A DNA stretch of 12,093 nucleotides from Hormoscilla sp. (GTDB taxonomy: Bacteria > Cyanobacteriota > Cyanobacteriia > Cyanobacteriales > Desertifilaceae). The notes beneath the pieces are model-generated. The model saw only the letters and a program-made list of their open reading frames with translations. It searched no databases and was not told the DNA's origin. Position numbers and translations under genes: made by a program. How positions within the stretch are numbered: position 1 is the first letter of the stretch; the number at the start of each line of letters is the position of its first letter. This document shows positions 1 through 6,447 of this stretch, piece by piece. The stretch covers positions 1 through 12,093 of the forward strand of contig JBFRWI010000034.1 of assembly GCA_051439505.1 (NCBI GenBank). Reading direction: 5' to 3'.

Positions 1-127
1 GAGGATCCCCCCCAAACCCCCCCTTCCAAAAGGGGGGGTTTCCGGAAGCCCCCCTTTCTAAGGGGGGTTTGGGGGGATCCGGCGACTGGGGTATGCGATG
101 TTCGATCAACGGGTTTTGACCACACCC
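1..127 (+). mobile_element. MITE copy A (left end outside window) with GC-rich double-hairpin cargo
   Basis: Ends in ATCAACGGGTTTTGACCACACCC. The interior (GAGGATCCCCCCCAAACCCCCCCTT...AAGGGGGGTTTGGGGGGATCCGGCGACTGGG) closely resembles the complete copy at 5335-5476. Confidence 0.8.
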
Positions 128-158
128 ATTATCGAGCCATGTTTATTGACTTTTATCC

Positions 159-189
159 CCCCTCACCCCCTCACCCCCTCACTCCCTCA
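159..189. repeat. Short tandem heptamer repeat (CCCCTCA)n, STRR-like
   Basis: About four consecutive CCCCTCA/CTCCCTCA units, typical of filamentous cyanobacteria. Confidence 0.7.
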
Positions 190-204
190 AACAAACCAAA
201 TACC

Positions 205-300
205 CCTGTGAGGGGGGAGGTTATGGATCGTAAAAATAGGCTGTTTTCCCAAAAAGGGCCTATTTTGTTCTCTCTCAAGATAGGAAGGGCCACCCCAATA
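205..300. repeat. Degenerate single copy of the ~66-bp repeat unit plus its tail
   Basis: GTAAAAATAGGCTGTTTTCCCAAAAAGGGCCTATTTTGTTCTCTCTCAAGA..GGAAGGGCCACCCCAATA aligns with 668-755 (GTAAAAATGGGTGGTTTTCCCAAAATGGCCATTTTTGTTCTCTCTTCAAGA..GGAAGGGTCACCCCCAAATA). Confidence 0.75.
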
Positions 301-480
301 CCTCAAGGAAAGGCGCAACTATATGTTGCGCCGTCATAGTAATTTACCAATGATTGCTACACATACATAGATGAAAGTCTCGCCCGCTCGTTGCTCTCAA
401 AGACTTTCCCAATGGAAGAATTGAAAATTTTGAATTTTTAATTGCTACCTATATTGTGTGAGTAACCAAATCTTTTTTCA

Positions 481-705
481 AAAATGGCCATTTTTGTACA
501 ACTCCACAGGGCTCCACAGGGGGGGTATATTAGACCGTAAAAATGGGTGGTTTTCCCAAAATGGCCATTTTTGTACGACTCCATAGGGGGGTAATGAGAC
601 CGTAAAAATAGGCGGTTTTCCCAAAATGGCCATTTTTGTTAGACACCACAGGGGGGTATATGAGACTGTAAAAATGGGTGGTTTTCCCAAAATGGCCATT
701 TTTGT
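481..705. repeat. Tandem array of ~66-bp units (3 full + 1 partial) with palindromic core AAAATGGCCATTTT
   Basis: AAAATGGCCATTTTTGT starts at 481, 558, 623 and 689 (periods 77, 65, 66). Each full unit continues with CCAYAGGGGGG..AGACYGTAAAAATRGGYGGTTTTCCC. Confidence 0.9.
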
Positions 706-755
706 TCTCTCTTCAAGAACCGTTCCGGAAAAATCGGAAGGGTCACCCCCAAATA

Positions 756-815
756 GGGTGTGTAGCAACCGGCGGGAGCCTGTGGGGATCTCACCAACGG
801 GTTTTGACCACCTAC
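756..815 (+). mobile_element. MITE copy B, internally deleted and degenerate
   Basis: Starts GGGTGTG, contains CCGGCG, and ends CAACGGGTTTTGACCAC(CTAC), matching the right end of copies A and D. Confidence 0.55.
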
Positions 816-962
816 TGCAAATCGTTCAAAAAAATTAATTACGCCGTGACCGATCGGGGTCACAACAAGGAGAATTAATGACATTGCCGATCGCATCTGA
901 AATAATTAGTCATCCCAGACCCCTTATAAAGATAGGACAGCAACAGCGAAGGTCGTGAAATT

Positions 963-1136
963 ATGAATAAAACCACAACTACTACAAATCCTACAGCCGA
1001 TATCATTGAAGTTGATAAAGCGCTTGAAAGTATGCGTGAATCAGGCTTTGACTTAGCCACTGCTGTCGGTGAGGTAGTTGACAATTCCTATGAAGCTAAT
1101 GCAAATTTGATCCGAATTTTTACCTCTGAGGGTTAA
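963..1136 (+). pseudogene. Truncated GHKL (MORC/HATPase_c_3-like) ATPase, N-terminal 57 aa only
   Basis: My translation: MNKTTTTTNPTADIIEVDKALESMRESGFDLATAVGEVVDNSYEANANLIRIFTSEG*. SMRESGF..AVGEVVDNSYEA matches GHKL motif I (SLRxxGY..AxxELxDNSxDA). The stop codon falls in the terminal repeat of the adjacent element. Confidence 0.75.
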
Positions 1137-1262
1137 CGCGAGTTCGGAGTTCGGAGGGAATAAGTTCGGAGTTAAAGATGTCAAAAACGCTAATCTAGGG
1201 GGTTTACCGCATCCATGACCCGACGAAAAATAAGGGTTATCGCAACCGTCGAACTCACGTTA
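1134..1262. mobile_element. Second MITE type (129 bp) with ~13-bp terminal inverted repeats
   Basis: TAACGCGAGTTCG (1134-1146) and CGAACTCACGTTA (1250-1262) are 12/13 reverse-complementary. Internal GAGTTCG heptamer repeats; no ORF. Confidence 0.6.
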
Positions 1263-1307
1263 GTTAATTAATTAAATAATGGGGGAATTTATTTTTACTG
1301 AACTCCC

Positions 1308-4079
1308 TTAATTCCTGCTATGGCAACCCCTATCTTTTGGTAAATCATCTCTTAAAATTATACCTGGAGTCTGATATGCTACTAACTGTACCCGACCATC
1401 GGGCAGCATCACCCAACCTCGCGCCGGGACTATCTCTGCTGGGCGATCGGGAATCTTTTCGGTAGATATTTCCAGAGGTTTCGCCCCCATTGTACTAGAT
1501 GGAACTGGCGATATCAAACTCACTCTAATATTGTCACCGTTGAGATAATCGCCAGGGTTGCCAGGCAAACCTCCCCGTCCTATTCTTGTAAAGGAACTGT
1601 TTCTGCTTTGCCGACAAAAGTCCTGGGCAATTAAATCTTCCGGATCGACTACCTGTTCTTCAAAAACAATTAATCCCTCCGAGGGATCGGTGTCCGGGCG
1701 CGAAATCTCCACCGTGCCATCTATGCCAAACTGAGAACTAGCAGTAATTGTACTATCGGGAGAGAGAAATATTCCTTCTGTAGTGATGCGGATGTTCCCT
1801 CCAGCACCCGTGAAGGCATTGGCACTGATGTCGCTATCTTCTAATGCCGCGATCGCCCCACTGAAAATCGTAATATTGCCACCATCCCCACCCCCACTCT
1901 CGGAGGTGCCCGCTGTTGCCGAGATGGCACTGTTGCGGCGCAATATTAATGACTCCGATGCTGGCAAGGAGATATTCCCGCCCCTGCCGTTGGCACTTTC
2001 AGCCCCGATCGCCCCATTATCCAGCCGCAACCCATTAGCAGCAATAGAGATTTCCCCCGCATTCCCCTCTGCATCGCTGCTGACCGATATTTCCGCCCCA
2101 TCCCGGACTGTTAAGGAGTCCGTGGCGATCGAGATATTTCCTCCAGCACCCGTTGCTCTTTCGCTAGTGGCAAATAGCCCGCTCTCGATCTCCTCGCCAC
2201 CTTGGATAATATGCCCTTGAATAATATACTCCGAAGAGATATTCAGAGTGATATTTCCTGCCTGTTCTGCACCTCTAGTCCGCGTGCGAATTCTGCCGCC
2301 ATTGCTTTGCACGAAGCTATTGGCATTCACTAGCACGTTTCCCCCTTTTCCTTCCCCAAATGTTGAAGTATTCAGTTGGGCCCCATTGGTTAAGATAACT
2401 GATGGTGCTGTAATCGCGATCGTCCCTCCATCCCCCACCCCAGCAGACAATACTAGACTCACGGCACCCGTGAGGCCGCTAGTTCCCAACCCGTCAAAAG
2501 AGACAGTATCAGTAGCGTTAATCTTCAGTTCTCCTGCATCTCCCGTCCCCGCCACTGCCACAGCTAATATTCCCCGGGACGATACTGACAGCGAGTCCGT
2601 AGTAATATCAATCCTACCGCCATTGCCTACCGCATCGCCGAATACTTGAGAGCCGATCCCGCTGCCAACCACCGTGCCTGCATTATTGGTTCCCGCCCCA
2701 TTAATGAAAACCTCCGAGGCATTAATCTCGATATCCCCTGCATCTCCTTGTCCGAAGGTATTGGCCACCAGAGTAGCGCCATTTGTCACGGACAGGGTTC
2801 CCGTATTAACAAGCAACTTACCCCCGTTCCCTACTGCCCCCCTCGCCACCGTCACTGCCACGCTACCGCTACTAGCTTCTTCTCCCCCTATACCATCAAA
2901 GGCCGCTACATCCGCAGCATTTATCGTTACATTGCCGCCATTCCCCGAGTCCAAAGTGCTAGCAGTCACTTCCCCTCCATTGCTGACTGACAGGGATCTG
3001 ACGTTAATGTTTACATTTCCTGCATTCCCCCGTCCCAAAGTATTCGCCGATACCAAAGCATTATTGATCTCCAGCATCCCCCCCGCCCTGATGTTGATAT
3101 TGCCGCTATTACCCGTTGCTAACTCTGCCACCTGATTGGCGATCGCGCTCCCATCTGCAATAATTATATCTCCCACAGCATCAATCACAACATCGTTCGT
3201 AGTAAGCACTTCAGTGCTTCGGACCACCTGACTGGCACCTATTCCCGTCCGCAGTTGAGACCCTTCTATTATCTCTACATTTCCGGCGTTAATAGCAATA
3301 CTCCCGCCACTGACATCGATCGCCGACCCCTCTGTGAAGGATACATCTGCCATCATCCCCGACAAAGGAAAACTCAAACTCCAGTCACTCCCCAACCCTA
3401 CCGTTCCCGTTTCTGTCAGTCCTCCTAACTCTACCCGACTCCCCGGCCCCGATATCTGGCCCCCTTCGTTCTCTATCTTACCCCCGATCAGAGCTAATGT
3501 TTGACCGGGAAGCACTTGCAGTCCCGTAACATTATCACTCCCCGCGCCCGATCGATTGACTATTGCCCCCGGACTGGACCGGAAATTCAAACCTATGGGA
3601 ATATCTATTGTCAGCAATGGCCTTTCCGAGTTAGTGGCGCTGAAGGTACTGCCATCAGGAAAGACGATGCTATCGGCAGTACTTCCCAGGAAGGAACCAC
3701 CTATATTTAATCTCGCATTCGGGCCAAAAACAATTCCACTGGGATTGATCAGAAATAGATTCGCGCCGCCGTTCGCCCTAATTAATCCATCTATATGAGA
3801 TATTTTTCCCCCTGTCACCCGCGACAGGATATTACCCACGTCCGCCGCGTTGTTGAAGAATGCCTCCCCCCCTGTCGGTACTCCAAATTCCGTAAAGCTG
3901 TGGAAAAGATTTCCTCCCGCACGAGTGCCTCCTTCTATTTGGAAACTATTTCCCTCTGGCGTGACAATCGTATTTTGCGGCAATGTTCCATCCGGGATTA
4001 TTTGGGCCATGGCAGTCCCTACCCAATTACCACCCACAGCGGCACCCACGATCATTAAATACCCAACTTGCTTCCACAT
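1308..4079 (-). CDS. Filamentous haemagglutinin family (TPS N-terminal domain) beta-helical exoprotein
   Basis: 923 aa. Signal peptide ending AMA-Q; TPS motifs NLFHSF, NILSRVTGG, NLFLINPSGIVFGPNARLNIGGSF; many GNxGNIxI repeats; cyanobacterial C-terminal C..F..GRGGLP..P and A.GW...DG.V.L motifs. Confidence 0.93.
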   Translation of the reverse strand: MWKQVGYLMIVGAAVGGNWVGTAMAQIIPDGTLPQNTIVTPEGNSFQIEGGTRAGGNLFHSFTEFGVPTGGEAFFNNAADVGNILSRVTGGKISHIDGLIRANGGANLFLINPSGIVFGPNARLNIGGSFLGSTADSIVFPDGSTFSATNSERPLLTIDIPIGLNFRSSPGAIVNRSGAGSDNVTGLQVLPGQTLALIGGKIENEGGQISGPGSRVELGGLTETGTVGLGSDWSLSFPLSGMMADVSFTEGSAIDVSGGSIAINAGNVEIIEGSQLRTGIGASQVVRSTEVLTTNDVVIDAVGDIIIADGSAIANQVAELATGNSGNINIRAGGMLEINNALVSANTLGRGNAGNVNINVRSLSVSNGGEVTASTLDSGNGGNVTINAADVAAFDGIGGEEASSGSVAVTVARGAVGNGGKLLVNTGTLSVTNGATLVANTFGQGDAGDIEINASEVFINGAGTNNAGTVVGSGIGSQVFGDAVGNGGRIDITTDSLSVSSRGILAVAVAGTGDAGELKINATDTVSFDGLGTSGLTGAVSLVLSAGVGDGGTIAITAPSVILTNGAQLNTSTFGEGKGGNVLVNANSFVQSNGGRIRTRTRGAEQAGNITLNISSEYIIQGHIIQGGEEIESGLFATSERATGAGGNISIATDSLTVRDGAEISVSSDAEGNAGEISIAANGLRLDNGAIGAESANGRGGNISLPASESLILRRNSAISATAGTSESGGGDGGNITIFSGAIAALEDSDISANAFTGAGGNIRITTEGIFLSPDSTITASSQFGIDGTVEISRPDTDPSEGLIVFEEQVVDPEDLIAQDFCRQSRNSSFTRIGRGGLPGNPGDYLNGDNIRVSLISPVPSSTMGAKPLEISTEKIPDRPAEIVPARGWVMLPDGRVQLVAYQTPGIILRDDLPKDRGCHSRN
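3195..3218. repeat. 24-nt GTAG-type REP/small dispersed repeat in frame in the FHA gene
   Basis: GTTCGTAGTAAGCACTTCAGTGCT is a GTAG followed by the hairpin AGCAC-TTCA-GTGCT. On the coding strand it reads STEVLTTN. Confidence 0.6.
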
Positions 4080-4114
4080 GCCCCTTTCTCTTCCTCTCTG
4101 ACACTCTCATTATT

Positions 4115-4238
4115 ACCCGTTGGTAGGAGACTCCGTCGCCGGAACCCGCGTATGGCCCGGCTACACCGAACTTAGCCCGCCTGCGCAGGGGCTATATACC
4201 AGATGCACCCCAGCTATCAACTACTTATGACCACACCC
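4115..4238 (-). mobile_element. MITE copy C, inverted, one TIR lost
   Basis: The reverse complement of 4215-4238 (GGGTGTGGTCATAAGTAGTTGATA) matches the left end of D. ACCCGTTGGTA..GTCGCCGGA at 4115-4143 matches the right subterminal region of D. Cargo includes the hairpin TAGCCC-GCCTGCGCAG-GGGCTA. Confidence 0.65.
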
Positions 4239-4528
4239 AGTGACCGGTGCTTCAAGAAGGCTTGGGGGGGTATTTACGTATATGTATGTGCTTGAAGTAT
4301 CTGGTATAAAAATGGTGCTGCTGACCCCTTCTAGCGGCTCGTGGTTGGCTCGTGGTTGGATTTAAGGCGATGCTTGGGAGCGGGGGCTTTATGCAATATG
4401 GGGATTTTATTTGGAGATCGCGATCGGGGCGAACTCGGCAGCATTACTGGACCGATGACCACCGGTCACAACCAATCACGTTTCTGAACCAGAACCAAAA
4501 CCAGAAGTGAGCGCACCGGTAAAAGCGC

Positions 4529-4713
4529 TCTCGACGGGAACTGAGCGGGCTGTCGTCTGGTACCAACTAACCCGCACCGGCGATCGCACCAGCAAGCGAC
4601 CACCGGTGTACAGTCGGAGCCATTAATGCTGTTATACCAGTAAGAACGATCTCGACGGGAACTGAGCGGGCTGTCGTCTGGTACCAACTAACCCGCACCG
4701 GCGATCGCACCAG
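4529..4713. repeat. Perfect 64-bp direct repeat pair separated by 57 bp
   Basis: TCTCGACGGGAACTGAGCGGGCTGTCGTCTGGTACCAACTAACCCGCACCGGCGATCGCACCAG at 4529-4592 and 4650-4713. Confidence 0.92.
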
Positions 4714-4878
4714 ATCGCTAGTGATGCAAGTCACTACTATAACCACGGGAAGTCACAGCCTCTGGGGATATTCTCTCACATCTCAACTCCAAATTTCTCA
4801 CAACCCACCTGCTATCATCATCACCGCCGAGTTTTGCTATCCGAGGGATACTATAGTTGTAGAGTCCAAGGAAACATC

Positions 4879-5106
4879 ATGCAGTCATACATCGAAACCC
4901 TATCTAACTCCATTTCTGAGATTGTCTTCAACACTGCTCAAACCAGCACAATCAACCTATCCGACTACCATCTGCTGACCACCATTATCAATAATGAATT
5001 TCTCAGCGATAAGGAGAGAAAATCTGCACAGCGAGTCCTATATCTCCTTCGTAGAGGTCGCTTATCACTGGTTGATAACTTAACCCAGGGCTTGATGAGC
5101 GCCTAA
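4879..5106 (+). CDS. Small conserved cyanobacterial hypothetical protein (75 aa)
   Basis: ATG at 4879 preceded by AAGGA, a better start than the TTG at 4834. The pattern ISEI...I.LSDY.L...LS..ER....RVLY..RRGRL.LVD resembles a recurrent ~70-aa cyanobacterial family (from recall). Confidence 0.7.
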   Translation: MQSYIETLSNSISEIVFNTAQTSTINLSDYHLLTTIINNEFLSDKERKSAQRVLYLLRRGRLSLVDNLTQGLMSA

Positions 5107-5255
5107 CTTTCTATATTATTTGTTGCTTTGTGACGCGCTTCTATACGTAAAGAAAGCGTCGCGCAAGTTTAACTGTCACCGTTTCTTCAAATCCTAGAAG
5201 TATTGGGAGGCGATCGCCTTTTTGTGCCTCTTTTTTGATATCTCGACCTGTAGGG

Positions 5256-5284
5256 TTGACAAATAAATATATTTATGTTAAATA
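5256..5284 (+). promoter_or_regulatory. Putative sigma70-type promoter with an AT-only palindrome in the spacer
   Basis: Perfect TTGACA (5256-5261), 17-bp spacer containing the palindrome ATAAATATATTTAT (5263-5276), then TG-n-TAAATA as an imperfect extended -10. Confidence 0.35.
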
Positions 5285-5334
5285 ACCGAAAAGCATCTCT
5301 TGCTATCGATGATGTCCGCAAAGGGGAGGCCGGC

Positions 5335-5476
5335 GGGTGTGGTCAAAAGTAGTTGCAGAGGATCCCCCCAAACCCCCCTTAAAAAGGGGGGCGCGCCGGT
5401 TGCCCCCCCTTTTGGAAGGGGGGGTTTGGGGGGGATCCGGCGACTGGGAGGGTATCAACGGGTTTTGACCACACCC
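5335..5476 (+). mobile_element. MITE copy D, complete (142 bp), 14-bp TIRs and 9-bp target-site duplication
   Basis: GGGTGTGGTCAAAA...TTTTGACCACACCC flanked by GAGGCCGGC at 5326-5334 and 5477-5485. The interior is the GATCCCCCCAAACCCCCCTT..GGGGGGTTTGGGGGGGATC hairpin. Confidence 0.9.
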
Positions 5477-5603
5477 GAGGCCGGCGATCGCGATCGACAA
5501 GTAGGGGAAGGCAGGCAACTGCTGCTGGCGGTGTGGGAGATATTGTTATATGATGTATAAATCGCACTAAGCCCTTGAGGGCCTTTGTCCTACGACCCAG
5601 ACG

Positions 5604-5745
5604 GGGTGTGGTCAAAGACCTCGCGGGGGGCCCGGCGTTGCATTCGGAGAGGGGATCTGTCAATTGATGTCATAATTTGTCACAGAAGCTTCGCCCCTAC
5701 AGCTATCGGCAACAAATGACTATCAACAAATGCGTGACCACACCC
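5604..5745. mobile_element. MITE copy E, complete (142 bp), with REP-doublet-like cargo
   Basis: GGGTGTGGTCA...TGACCACACCC with flanks ACCCAGACG / ACCCCGACC (7/9, eroded TSD). The interior has GGCGTTGCATTCGG...GAAGCTTCGCCCCTAC, a degenerate GTAG-REP pair. Confidence 0.8.
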
Positions 5746-5800
5746 ACCCCGACCGGCAGTTCTTGTCCCCCTATATGCGGCGCTACTGACAATTAGAAAT

Positions 5801-6367
5801 ATGCCACTAGAACAAGAACCCCCACAACTGCTGAAACAACGACTGTCCTACCAAGGACGTAAATTTGGCTTTGAAGCCAAGACACTCCGGTTACCCAACG
5901 GTGCGGAAGGAGAATGGGAATGCATCCGTCACCCCGGCGGTGCCCTGGCCGTTCCCGTCACCCCAGATGGTAAACTGGTATTACTCTGGCAATATCGCTT
6001 TGCTGCCCAAGGACGTCTGTTAGAATTCCCCGCAGGGACGATCGAACCCAATGAGGATCCCGCCATAACCATCAGGCGGGAAATAGAAGAAGAAACGGGA
6101 TATCGGGCGCACAAATGGCGGAAATTAGGGCAATTTTTTCTGGCCCCGGGCTATTCCGATGAAATTATCTATGCCTTTCTGGCAGAAGATTTGGAACCCC
6201 TAGCAACCCCCCCCGCACAAGATGAAGATGAGGATATAGAAACCGTATTATATACTCCCCAAGCATTCGAGCAAGCTATCCTGGCAGGGGAAGCAGTAGA
6301 TGCCAAGTCAATTGCTAGTTTTATGCTAGCGCGCCCTTTCTTGCGATCGAGTCCAGAAGCTAGTTAG
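5801..6367 (+). CDS. nudF: NUDIX hydrolase, ADP-ribose pyrophosphatase (NudF)-like
   Basis: Nudix box GTIEPNEDPAITIRREIEEETGY; QYRF..LEFPAG, APGYSDE, DEDEDIE and DAKS motifs typical of ADPRases. Confidence 0.88.
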   Translation: MPLEQEPPQLLKQRLSYQGRKFGFEAKTLRLPNGAEGEWECIRHPGGALAVPVTPDGKLVLLWQYRFAAQGRLLEFPAGTIEPNEDPAITIRREIEEETGYRAHKWRKLGQFFLAPGYSDEIIYAFLAEDLEPLATPPAQDEDEDIETVLYTPQAFEQAILAGEAVDAKSIASFMLARPFLRSSPEAS

Positions 6368-6447
6368 AGAGTCGAATGTTCGCCAATTAGGCAAGACATG
6401 ATATTATCAAAAGATCGGCACAGGTAAGGAATCGTAGAACGGAAGGA

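Noticed and set aside
481..705. CRISPR array
   Set aside because: The segments between palindromic cores are near-copies of each other rather than unique spacers, and there are no cas genes in the window.
139..896. ORFs 139-339, 478-768, 626-838, 639-896 and 678-878
   Set aside because: They overlap in several frames across repeats and MITEs, frames shift between units (65- and 77-bp periods), and none has a recognisable domain.
875..1084. Minus-strand 69-aa ORF
   Set aside because: Antisense shadow of the GHKL stub, which carries the recognisable motif.
2200..2228. 15-bp duplication in FHA (IIQG-H-IIQG)
   Set aside because: Real but a trivial in-frame duplication.
1783..4101. Plus-strand ORFs inside the FHA gene
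   Set aside because: Antisense shadows of a Gly/Ala/Asn-rich repetitive gene.
4336..4505. Short tandem repeats (GGCTCGTGGTT x2; GAACCA-like x3)
   Set aside because: Ordinary slippage-type repeats with no evidence of function.
4529..4713. Minimal CRISPR (repeat-spacer-repeat)
   Set aside because: A 64-bp repeat and 57-bp spacer exceed normal CRISPR sizes, there are only two copies, and there is no cas context.
4466..4978. ORFs 4466-4687 and 4721-4978
   Set aside because: One spans the direct repeat and the other overlaps the better-supported 4879-5106 gene. Neither has motifs.
5300..5663. Three ORFs over the MITEs
   Set aside because: Translations of GC-rich palindromic repeat DNA (PQTPL..GG peptides) with no transposase motifs.
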